DNA of 64,000 bases from Balanoglossus misakiensis (taxonomy: Eukaryota; Animalia; Hemichordata), in NCBI GenBank assembly GCA_040954595.2, contig CM082590.2, forward strand, positions 8,991,764 through 9,055,763, read 5' to 3'. Positions within the stretch are counted from its first letter, which is position 1. Every line of letters starts with the position of its first letter. Both the position numbers and the translations under genes were made by a program. Positions 1 through 13,200 of this stretch are shown here, piece after piece. The notes under the pieces are model-generated. The model was not told where the DNA came from. It searched no databases and worked only from the letters and a program-made list of their open reading frames with translations.

Positions 1-743
1 CACCAGGTGATTGGCTGAGACCACAACAAAATTGTTATCCATCAGCTGAGTCGCCATGACAGCAGAAGCAAGATGTAACTTGCATATACACTGTATAATA
101 AATGCTAAATTATTTAAAAGTCTATGTAAATTAAAACATCCAGTTATTTGCAATCCTTTCGAATCCTAGTTATGAGGTATTTTGGTCAGAGCTTTATATT
201 ACTCTTCTAGGTATTAGGGGAACCTTAAAATATACTGACATAGGGGTCTTTATCTCCTTAGCCCACTTAAAAATAACTTTGACACAATGAAATCAAGGTG
301 TATAACAATAGGCATTTTATGTGCAAGTCTAAGGGTACTTTTTAGCCTGCTTAACTCATTTGACAATAATAAACCAATCAAGGTGAATAAAAATTATTTT
401 TGGAAGATTTGCTGTCAATCACACCACAAATACACAGTTCATCTTGTGCCTGTTCAACATCAAAGTTGAACAGAAAGTTGAACGGTCAAAGTACACATCA
501 GTAAAATTGAAAGTACCAGCAATAATGTGCTACACAAAAGCAAGCAAACCCCTCAAGACTCCAATTGATATAAAACCATAAAACGAAAACCAAGAAGATG
601 CAAAAAATACTAGCTACGGTGACACAAAAGCCACTTTTGTTTAACTCCACAAACATTTTTACATTGAAAGTCATCTTATCTAAGTTCATTGAAACCTTGT
701 CAGGATAAGGAAAGCTTAATTTATTGGAAATCTTACAAACCAA

Positions 744-768
744 ACACACACACACACACACACACACA
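744..768. repeat. (CA)n microsatellite
   Basis: acacacacacacacacacacacaca directly visible. Confidence 0.9.
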
Positions 769-1213
769 TAATTGCCATGTTGAACACGTAGCATTTTTTT
801 TTATACCAGATTTGCTTATACTCCCCTATTTCATTCATATTTTGGAACGACCCTGCTACTATTTTATAGTATATGAAGAAGAATCCAATTGGAACAGGGG
901 TGGGAGCAACATATTCTGGAATTGAATATTTTCACAATAACTGTCACTACTTTACGTACTTCCAAAAGTTACAGACATTGCTTTAAAAGTTTCTATAAAT
1001 TCACCAAGTATTTTTCTGCAACTTTGATACTGATATATTAAAAATTATGATTGGCAAAAGGCTGATCAAAAATAAACATCATTCTCAAGAATGTGGAAAA
1101 ACTTCAAAATCTGCAATCTTCATAATCTCGTGATTGCTTCAAGTTCATCAATATCCATATCATCAAACCAATCGCTGTCTGCAATCATCCATGGTTCGCT
1201 TTCTCCGCCCCTC

Positions 1214-4200
1214 TTACTTTTTCTCATTTTTTGTCTCTTTTTTCTTTTTCTCAGAATCTTTCTCAACTCCATCAGCTCCTGCTGGTCTTGCTGCGCCATC
1301 ATTTCGTGGAGGTCTCTTTCCTCCTGCAGCAGATGTTGACAGTCGCCTTGCTTTCTCCCGGGCATTTTGAAGCTTCCCCACGACTTGCTTCTCAATTCTG
1401 GAGAAGAAATAAAACAAGCAATAACCACCAGTGAGGTTTTTGTATAAATTCAAATCCGTGTCATCCCAATTAAAGCATAAGATCACTATTCTTTAACTCT
1501 GGTAAAACAATTGAATTTCATTAATATAATAACTACAGTCAAACCATGTTAGTGACCACCTCTATATAGTGGCCACTTTGCTACAGTCCCTGTGCAATTC
1601 ACATCTGCATTAATTGTCCTGTCTATAAACTGTGTACAAGCTGTTATGAGAACACCTGTTAGAGAGATTGTGAAAGTTTGTTTCTACCAATGCTGTGGTT
1701 AGTACCTGTTCAATGCTATCATGAAGAAATAAATCAACAGTTATGTAGAGAAAAACAAGTCGTGGGGGTGGGGGGGGGGGGAATTAAAAGTAAGTAAGAA
1801 ATAGGGTTAGGGGTTTGGAAGGAATATGAACTCCCTTACAAAAGATTCTCCAGACATCAGTAGAATTCTTCAGCCTACAGAACTTTATGTTTAAAGAATA
1901 GAGTTCTTTTCAGTTTCTATGGAAATGTCACAATCTATAGAATTCTATTGACCTAGATTTTGACATTTATTTAGATATCAATAGAATTGAACTGAAAACT
2001 CCATAGAAATCCATAGATATCCATAGAAATTCTATACACTCTTTAGAATTCTATAGATGTTTAGAGAATGCTTTTGTTCAGGAAGAAAGACAGAGGACAG
2101 TACTAACCCAACCACTTTTTATCAAGACGAGATAATGCCTGTGAGAGATGATAACAGAAAAGGATATGAAGTAAAGAGAAAGGAGAAAAGGAAAACAGGA
2201 AAAATATAGTTTCCTGTCAGAGATGTGTGAGATAATAAGAATGGGTTTGCAGGAAGACATGAACAGAAAGCACCTCATAAACTGATGGTGAATTGGTATA
2301 ATGAATAGATGCTTGCTATGTAGAATTCTTCAGAACTGTAGGAATAAAGTCAGATATTTATAGATCAAGAAATTAATGAAGTGCAGTGTAATGTTCTGTA
2401 GTGCATTGTAGTGTAGTCTATTGCAGTATAGTGTTATGCACTGCTGTGTTGTGTTGTGTTGTGTTGTGTTGTAGCGTTGCTAATTTTGTGTAAGTTGGGT
2501 GTACAGAAGTATGTGTAAACAGGAGAAGAGAAACTTAACCCTTTCACCCCCAGTTCCCTAGTATAGAGGTCCAACCTCACCATAAAAAACAATGGGTTTG
2601 GACTGAACCATTGTGGTGAAAGGGTGAAACAGTGCATTCAGCAAATGACATGCAAACAACAAACCAAAACCAATGTACCTTTTTCTTGCGCTTCTTCTCA
2701 TCAAATCTTAGCAATGCAATGAAAAAAAAAAGAAAAAAATTCACAAGATGAGATGAAAAGTTACAATGACAAATTACTGGTGGTGAATATGGTATTTGTA
2801 ATATTCTTTTGGAATGGGTTCTGAAATATATGCATAGATGATTATTTCAAAGTTTCCATTTCCCAAAATATATTATTTACGGATTTTTACATGAATAATT
2901 CCCATGTATGATATACCAGCAATGTAGATATATAGCCAATCCTTTATAAACATACCAAGCTGAATTCAGAACATGACTGGTTTATACCGGTACATATGCA
3001 AATGTGATGAAAAACAATATGGCGACTTTATATCTGGGTCTCAAAAATCACCATCTACTGAAAGTGAGCCCACAGCCATGTCTGGGTCTCAAACCCACAA
3101 TCCTGCGATAGTGAGTTTGGTACCCTCGTTGCTGGGCCATGATACCGTCTCATGTCTTTGTGCGAAACTTCTAAACTTCTCTACATCTTTGCAAAATAAC
3201 ACTATCCGGTCTGCAGACAATCTACAATATAGTCTGTTTTGTTTGACTTACAATTTGACTTGCTCCGGTACATACACATACTCCAACGACACAAGTTGCT
3301 TGAGGTCAACCAGGCTGGTTACAAATCGTAACTTACGACTGAACTTTGAACTGAAACATAACAAAAAGTAGAGTTAAGTGAAATATATGTTGACAGGACC
3401 TTTCACCAATACTTGTGTTGAAACCCCTCTTCCAGCAAAATTTTGATCAAATCCTTTTATTTTCAATGGCAATATGGACCCATCTATTCGGAAATAGGGT
3501 GCGAAGATCCCACACACACAATGTCGAATTATCTTTCTACCAGGAAATGGGGTGACATGAAAAGACAACCTACCTGATAAATGGTCTTGAAAATCTAACA
3601 ACAGTCTTCAACCAAAGATTGGGGTGAATTAGAAGCAGGGCCTTAAGATTCTTCCTTAGTCTGAAAAAAGAGAAAAGAAGACATGAAAAAAACAACAACA
3701 GAAAAATGGCTCTGTAAACACAAACAACAAAACTAGTCACGCAAAAAAACCCACAAAGAATGAAAGTGATATACCTTCTATCGATCATCTTGTAACATCG
3801 TTTTAACCACCCAAGGTTCGGTGCTTGGTGTTTTGTACATCCACCATGGAAATAGATTATCATGTAGTCCTGGGCCACCAGTAAATCAAGAGTACTGATT
3901 ACATATCTGGAAAAAGATTCAGACATTTAACATCAGTGCAAATGACATCTAAAGCATTGCTGTCTCAAAGCAAGTGCACACAGAGTTCATGTGACCATGC
4001 AACAGTTGATGTGATATATTTCCCTACTGAAGTAGTCATTCTATGTGATTCACTCAACCCAACTGATATGTACAGTCATGTACATTGTACTCACAAAAAT
4101 AAATTATCCATGACATAGCTGTAATCTTTCCTCGTCTTTTCTGGTAAATAACAGGCAGCAAAAACTATAATTGCATTCAGTCCATCGCCATAGTAACCTG

Positions 4201-7200
4201 TCAATGGAGAATTAATGCAAAAATAGAGAACATAGTATCAGAGAACGAATAACAATTTTGGCGAAATATCAGCTAAATATAAACTTTGTACAACTCTTTC
4301 ACAATTTAGAATAGTCCTATCATATATGATATCATCAGTGATCATATATTAACCCTTTCACCCCCAGTTCCATCTTTAGAGGTCCAACCTTACCATAGAA
4401 AACAATGGATTTAGACTGAACCATGGTGGTGAAAGGGTTAAAACAGAATTTGTTTGATTGGATGGTGACTAAGTTTGTGTCAGCACCAGCTCTCCATCAA
4501 TTTACCTCTTAACTCTTTCACCCCCATTTTGGTGTATAGAGGTCCAAGTTTACCATAGAAAACAATGGGCTTGGACTGAACCATAGTGGTGCAAGGGTTA
4601 ATACACTTACCACCATGAGCTAGGACTTTCTTATATGGCGCTATAACTTTCATATCCATGTTATAATTCTTCCCTCCGATCTCCACGACCCTCCAATGTC
4701 GGTTGTCTTGTTTCTCCTCCTCTGCAGAGTATTCCGGGATTCTTTCTGAGGAGGTCGTCTTGGGCAACGGGGTGTCATCTGTGGAGGAGTGAACAGCAAA
4801 CAGACGAACTTGTGATCTCAGTTGTTGCCAAGCCAACAAAATCACCCACAAACAAGACACTCATTTGTGGCCAGTCACCCCTATTCCTTTAATACATCAG
4901 TCCATTTATACCAGTATATCACTGAGTGCATTCAACTGCAATCAACAGGTATATATACCTATCTCCCCACTTCTCAACACCCATAGTTACACAAGCAACT
5001 TGTTTCATCACCGCGATCATCTCTCAGACATATCTTTCACCCCTATTCCCAGAATACACAGGTCCAACTGCATCATTGGAAACAATGGGGTGATTCCATT
5101 CACCTACAGTCAACAGGGGACACTACCTACCTTCCCATTCCATTTCCCCACTCGTCATGAAAATACTACTATCATCTCTCAGACTCGGCGTCTGGATGTC
5201 CGGAGTCGGAAATTCGTCCACTCGACTCAAATCAAACAAATCGCTAGGCGTCGATCCCCTGTCGTCATCATTGTCTGTGATCTTCAACTCAGCTGGCGGA
5301 CTCACTTTCTTCTTGGTCTTGGGTTTGGCTCCCAGATCCAATGTGGCTGTGTTGAGTGAAAAATGAAAATGGTCAGACCATATGAGCATTGTTGAATACA
5401 TATTAAAAGTTGTGAACACTAGGTTCACATAGGAATAATGACTACAGACAAAATCACTTCAACAAATCATTCACTTAAAGGGAGTAGTCATTCTGTCTGT
5501 AGCTACAAGTATGGCTCCCACGCAACAATACTACAAGTGAAAGTGCATTTCAGATCACCCTCCCCCCAACCCTTTCACCACAATGGTTTGGCCCAAATCA
5601 TTTATTTTCTAAGGTAAAGTTGGACCTCTATAAAGGGGGAATGGGGGAGAAAGCTAAACAACTCACTCGGTCTTTGATGTACTTCTTCATCTTTCGGCGG
5701 CACGGGATCCGTGATGTCGATCTCGATGACATCATCGATCCAATCCTCGCCGATATCGGCGTGATGCTTCATGATGTCATCATCGTCCTGCCATTCCTCT
5801 TTCACGTCCACGTGCGGCACGCTCTTCTTCCTCGGCGACGCCTTGGCAACGCTCTCGGTTATCCGCATGCTGCTGATTCGCTCTTTCTCCTCGTCGTCAT
5901 CAACATACCGCTCGATGTACCTAGCAACCGCTTCCCTTTGGGCTCCTTCATCATCATCATCTTTCATCCTCGTTGGAAACTCATCAACAGGCAAAGCATC
6001 ATCATCATGTTGGACACTCTGCAGATCTTGAACTTTGACCTCCGTGATTCGATCTTCCGTAGCATCAGCTTCCTGTCCAATGACGACCCTCTCATCCTCC
6101 ATGATATCGCTCTCGACGACATCCGTCAACATCTCCGTGGCAACCTCCACGACGATCACATCATCTTCCACATCGCTGACCGGCTCCTCAATCTCAGCAA
6201 TGCTGCTGATGGCGTGATGCACGGGGGATGGGAATTCACTGCAGCTGAACGACCCGCTTGTTGTGGACACATCATCTCCACTAGTCTGAGATTCGCTGTC
6301 CACACTCGGGCTGGACACCCTCTTTGTAAACATCGCCCCCTCTGCATCAAGTAAAGAAAGAACATACCGGTATAATTCAGGCTAGACAGAATAAAAATTT
6401 GTTGCTTAAAAATCAATGATGGACATTTTTGTTTCATTATTACATGAAATAGAAAGAAAACACCTGACAAAAATGGTTTATGTAAAAAATTAAATTCCAA
6501 ATTTACACATCATAAACATAAATTCAAAATTTAGTAGATTAGTGTAAACTTTGCCAAAATCAAACCAATCAGTCCATACATTTAATTGAGTGATAAAATG
6601 TACAAATTACCACTGACAACAGACTGTCTTTGACATTCCAATTAAAAAGTAAAAGTTAGAATACTTTTTCTGACCGCAAAAAATATGTTATTGTACATTC
6701 TATCATATCAATATGTTACGTACATTCTATAGTAATGGTTTACTACAGTTTGAGATCACATTCATTTTTATAATGACAAAAAGAACACTGTTTTGGGTTA
6801 GGAAAAAAAAAGAAAAGACAGATTGTTAGGGTCAAATGAGGTTAGACTTAAATAAAAGTAAGGAAGAGTAAAGAGACAGACCTGAGGATCTGGGTTGAGA
6901 AGGTTCAGAAGAAGGATGAGGGGTCAAAGTTGAAGAGCCTTCAGTTGCAGGAAGGGTGGTGGGTCTTGGAGTCGGTGCAGAGGTCACATCAGATCGGAGG
7001 GAGAGTCGAGAGAGATCTGAAGGTGGGTTTGGAGTGACTGGTTGGTGAGTGTGAGGAGTGGTCTTTTCTTGGGATGGTGGAGAGTCTTTGATTAGAGTTT
7101 GGGATGGTGATTGAGATGAAGTGACTTGAGATGGAGTTTTGTGAGAGAGATGATTTGGTGGAGAAGAGAGAGGTCTATTTGCTGACTGGTTTGAGTGTTC

Positions 7201-10200
7201 AGCCATTGGTGCTGCATGTTGATCAGACTGGATGTCTTCGGTTTCATGCACTGGGACTTCAACAGACACAGGTTTGATTGTCTCTGTTTTGGCTATCTCT
7301 GTTTCTGGATAGACATGCAATATTGGTATGTCCTGCAAAGGAGCTTCAGAGAGTTTCTCAGTTGCAAAATCATCCAATGTGGTTTTCTCATCAGCAACAA
7401 TCTCTGCAGCATCTTCTGGGGGTACCTGTTCTGTGACTATCTGCAGACAGGGCGCGATCTGCACAACTGGGGTTTCTTGGATCACACTTCGAGAATCTGC
7501 ATCAGAGGACACCTCAGTAGCCGTGATGTTCTCAGCAGATGCTTGTGGACTGATCTCCACAACATCTTCGACGAGTATCTCCTCAGAGACATGTAGCTCT
7601 TCTGAAGTCTTCAGTAGTACTGGTGGACAGGATGCGTTGTGCTGTACTGGTGGTTCATGACTTATAACTTCAGATACACCATCTGATTGTATCACTGTTG
7701 AAGGAATGTTCTCACACACTGGTCCTGTGTGTATTTCTATAACGTCTTCTGAAATTGCCTCCACACTCTCTGAGACTATTTGTGGGAGAAGATGGCTGTG
7801 TACCACTGGTGGATCTTGGCAGACGACTTCAGTATTTCCATTGGGTGATACCATGGTAGCAGGAATGTTAATTCCTTGTACGTCTTGGTGTATCTCTGTC
7901 ACTTCTTCTGAGAGTTCCTCAGCAGTGTCTGAAACTATGGGTGAGTGGGTATGGTTGTGTACAACCGGTGGTTCTTGGCATAGGACTTCACTAACTGTAG
8001 TAGACGATGCCATGCTTGCAGGAATATTCACTATGTTTACTTCGCGTTGTATTTCTGTTACCTCTTCTGAGAATCCCTCTGCACTCTCTGACACTATCTG
8101 AGGATGAGGAAAGGTTTGAACAACTGGCGGTTCTTGGGAAACAGCTTCAGAAACTCGCCCATCTGGTACATCTTTCACTGAAGGAATATTCTCCTCAGTT
8201 GTTTCAAGATGAATTCCCGCAATATCATCCGGAAACACTTCCTCGCTTTCCGACACTATCTGTGGGTGTGGATAGATATATACAACAGCCGCTTCCTGGC
8301 TCACGGCTTCAGAAACTTCCCCGGATGTTATCCCGGAAGTGGGAATTTTCTCACCGCGTACTTCCGTGTCCATTTCCACCACACATTCCGGAATGATCTC
8401 TGTTTCCACGGAAATCTCCATCACATTCGGGACTTCATCACGGATGACAATGAACTCTTCCTCGCAATCGTCCTGAGTCACAACCAAGGAGTTTTCTCTT
8501 GAATAGGTCACTTGCATCTGTTCTTCTGATGAAATTTCAAAATGTTGACAGATTTCTTTATCCACCTGGACATCAGGTTCAAGCGTCACCACAGGAAGAG
8601 TAACCTCACTTGAAGAATCCTCAGATTGTAATATCTCCCCATCGATTGACATCTCAGCTTCTTCAAGTGCTTGTTCGCCACCTTCTTCTATCTGAATAAA
8701 TTCTACAGAGTCTTGATTTTCAAGAACACTGCCAGCTGCACCAACAGAACATTGAGCAAAATTTGCATCTGTAAGATCATCTTTTCCAAAACTTTCTTCC
8801 ACCAACTTGTCAGATTGAAACTGTCCATCACATACTTTGGAATCTCCCGCATCTATTTCTGTCTGTTCATTTTCTTCTGATTCTCTCTGTTCTTCCAACG
8901 TGTGTTCAGCACCATCGGAAACAACAATTTGGTGATCTGAAGGCACTGGTGGTTCTGCAGCTAAGATGGCAACATCCTGTCCACCTGATTCTCCAGTCTG
9001 TGGTACCATTGCAGGTTCATCAAACTCTGCCAATACCACCCTCTCATTAATTTCATCCGACACTGCATCATCCCCGACTCCTGCATGTATCTGTGACTTT
9101 TTATTTTTCATGTCAGTTTGATCCAACAACGTGTCTTCAAAACTGTGTGCTGTACCATCTGCAGATGGGCTGTTCTCGTTTCCCTCCACAGTTTCACCTA
9201 GAAAAACAAACGAATCTTCAAAGCCTAGAAACCCGTCAACTGCTTCAGCTGATATTGGGTACAACCCCCATGGTGACAGCTCCACAGGCTGTGGTTCTTC
9301 ATATTCAACTATCCGGCACTTTACTGCATCGCTGGTGTCTTCAGCATCCTCACTAGGCTGCAATATCTCCCAAGAATCATCATCAAACATCTGTGGTTCA
9401 TCTTCATCTTTTGACATCTGACTGAAGTCTTCTTGTGAACCTTTCTCTGCAGATGGACTTAGGCGGTCATCTTCAGTATCTGCTATGTCTAATAAATCCT
9501 TCTCTGCACTGTGTAGACTCTGTACATCAGACGCAATGTTATGATTTTCATCTTCTGTTTCGTGACCTTTCTGTTTTGACGATACGACCATGTCACTCTC
9601 ATCACTGGAGGGCGATGTTACAATACTTTTCTGACTTGTATTTTGATTCTCTTGACTGTCACGGTATTCACTTCTCACCGACTTGATTTCAACGTCTTCT
9701 GGAATCTGTATCAGCTCCGGACACTCAATCAACACATAACTTAGCAGCACTGGCGATTTCACTTCCTGTACAAGAGCATACGACACTTCCTCTGTATGCA
9801 ACATCTCAAGAACTTCTTCTTCAGGCAATGGTTCTGTGTGTAAAGTTACAGCCTGGTGTATCGTGACTGTCGGTGAAATGACACCATCCACTTCAACCAC
9901 GTCACAAACAGCTGGATCTTCTGGGTACTCTTCATCCGAGACATCAGACACAGAGGTACCCATAGAAACTGATGTATCATCATCATCATCATCATCATCA
10001 CTATACTGCACATCATCTTTTCCAGGTGGGGTCTTTACTGCACCATCTCTCATGGGTGTCATCATAACATTCTGTCCAAATGTGTCTTCTGCTTTGCTGT
10101 CACTTTCATCATGATGTACAAGCTTCTTATTTCTGCAGGGTTCTTCTCTCTCTTCCTCCTCATCCTCCTCTGACACCGATGTCTTGTCAGATTCTCTATC

Positions 10201-13200
10201 CTCAGGATGACCTTCCTTCTCAAGCACCAACTTTTCTTCATCTTTGAACTGTTCATGAACACCAGGTGTATCCGTAACATTTCGTTCATTGAATTCTTCA
10301 TGCACATCAGATGTACCTGTGACCATTTCTTCATCATTTTCTTCCGCATCATTAGACGACCACGAGATAGATGTCCCAACAGATGACGCATCATCTCTGT
10401 CATCCTCCCCCAAATCATCTTCAGTTGGGTCTTGCATAATGTCTTGTGTGTCCATCTTTTCTTGCAGCACAATCTCATTGTTGTCTAATGTTTGCGTTGC
10501 ATCACTTGATTGTACAGTTGACACACCGATGCTTCTCATCTCATGAACATCTCTTTCGCTACCAGCATCAATATCTTCAGAGATGTCCTTCTTTGTGACA
10601 GCATCATCACTGGGGATCAGATCCTCACTGCCTGTCTGTTCAGGTGAAACAAGCTGATCACTGTCATCCACACTGAGCAAATCTTGTACTTCAGTTTCTT
10701 GACTTGTCTGTGGTGGAACGGAAAACCCGAAGTCTAATCCGAGAAGATCACCGACCGACTCACTCGTTCCAGAATTTCCGGCAGAAGCATCCGGAGCCAG
10801 GAGATCCCATTGTTGCGTATCCAGCATTGAAGGCACGGTGGTCTCAGTACTGAATAAATCTTGCGAAGGCTGCGATGGAGCAGACGTCATAGGTTGTACA
10901 AGATCATCTGTAACAGATCCCATACATATAGCACCTTTACTGTGGTCAAAAGTCTTGTCAGATTCAGATACCTGATTAGGCTGTAGATCTAGTAGATCGG
11001 TTTGAGGCGAACGGTCTTCCGTTTCTGAGATATCCTTGTTATCAGTGAAGTCTAAGAGGTCTTCGAACTGGGACAGGTAGTCTTGATACTGATCAGATGG
11101 TTTGGCCGGACGATCGAGAGACGAGGGAAAGGGTAGAGAAGTAGAAGATAGGGTGGGAGTGTGTGAAGAGGAAACAGGGTCAAGATTGGCTTCAGTCGCA
11201 GCTGGATAAGGACGAGGATCTGCCGTAGAAAGTTCGTCATCTGTTAGTGGAGAACTGGATACAGTTAGTGGTAGTGCACTGTTGTCTGTGAAGTTACCAC
11301 CACCAATACCACCATCACTGGTACAAGCACCACCACCACCACCATTACCACCACCACAGATATTTACAATACAAACACCACCACCAACACCACTAGTATC
11401 ACGAATAGCACCATCAACTTGGCTGCATATGTCCTTATCAGCACAATCAGACTTATCTTTAACGACCATTATCTCCTTATCTTGCTTACTTACATTGTCA
11501 TGGTTTATGGTAACTGATTTATCAAAATTACTTTCTAAAGCACTGCTTATGATTTCCTTACCATTATCAAAGCTATTATCATCTAGGTAATCTAATATTC
11601 CCTTACCATGGCTATGTATTACACTATTACAAATAGCATCCTTATCATTTCTACTTATCACATCACTACATTCAGAACTATCACTTATCTTAACTATACT
11701 TACACTATCTTCATTATCATTACAATCTAAACTATAATCACTTTGGTCAAACTTTTCTTTTTCTACGTTAGAAGCAAAGCATTCTTCAATTTTACTTTCA
11801 TCAGATTCACAAATCTGAAGGTCATTATTAAGGGTCACACCAGAAGTTTTTGAGTAAGAATCATTCTCTTTTAAGCTACAATTTATTTCTTCCCCAGGTT
11901 TCATTAAATCTGATTCACACACTTGTCTATCTTTAAAACCTACAAACACTTCTGAATCAGACAAAACCTTGTCGAATTTTTCATTTTCAACTCCCTGCAC
12001 GTTCTTGCAAGCTACACTACTTTCAGTTTTATTAGAAACCCTTATCAGTAGCTTAGCAGAAGCATTACTTTCAGGTGCCACACCAAAATTACTGTTACCC
12101 TCCCCAACTTGTGTACCTAGCTTATGATTTTTCTCGTCTACCCTAGATTTCCAAAACTCCAAGTCTGCATCACTGACAATTTCATTAGAGACCTTTTTAA
12201 TCACCCTTCCATCTATGGCCTTGCTCTTTTGGTCTTTGCATTCATGATTCTTGGATAATTCGCTTGGAGATTTTGGATTACTGTTTTTGACCACTTCCAC
12301 TGCAGAACCACCAGTTTGTCTAGTATCAGGGGGTGGGGTAATGTTACAGTTACATGTCGTACAGACATGATAAGGTTGTTTGGTTTTGGCAATGTGGGAC
12401 AGAACTTTCACTGATGCCATTAAATCACCACTTTCTTTATCTCGTGATTTTGCGATGATGGTTGAAGGTTGTCTCTTTGTTGGAAGTGGTTGCTTCACCG
12501 GAAAGCTATCGATACTTGACAATTTCACCGGTCGGTACGTGACGATTTTCGAGAAAGGGGTGCCTTTAGCGATGGGTGAAGTTGGAGAAGGGACGGTTGA
12601 GAACGGGTTTGGTTTGAGCGTGGTTGTTGATAAGGGCAATAGTTTATGCTGTATGCCCTGGGTAAAATTTGAGGGAGGTTGATTTTGCACTGGTGGGGGT
12701 ACCATGAATGATGGCTGCAAAGATGGCCATGCAGTACTTAGTGGGGGTATATGTGAAAACTGTACTGACTGGTTGCTTTGCATTAGAGGTGGTACAAAAA
12801 CATCATGAGCAAAAGGCTTTGCTAATTCCCCTTTTGCACTGAATGTATTAACTTTTCCACTCCTATCTACACTATTAAAGTCCCTACTTGTATTATGCAT
12901 AGAATTAAATTCAGCATTCAGGATGTCTCCCGCACTTGGTTTGAATACATTAGTTAGAAACGGATTATCCTCTAAATTTAACCTTTCATTATGTGTGACC
13001 TTTGAACTCTCTGGTGTGACCTTTGACCTATCTGGTGTGACCTTTGCTGCCGTTTCAGCAGCTGCGATCTGTTCTGCGGATGGCGAGAAGATATCAGAAC
13101 TGAACGGATTGGCGTCCTGTGATGACAACATACCCTGTTGCTGTTCTATATCAGCCATGGTCACTGGGTTGTTAGTGGCTGGTTGCTCGATCGGTGCAAA

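Noticed and set aside
1855-2070. Cluster of tagaattcta palindromic words as heat-shock elements
   Set aside because: Spacing is GAATTC, not nGAAnnTTCn; intronic degenerate simple repeat.
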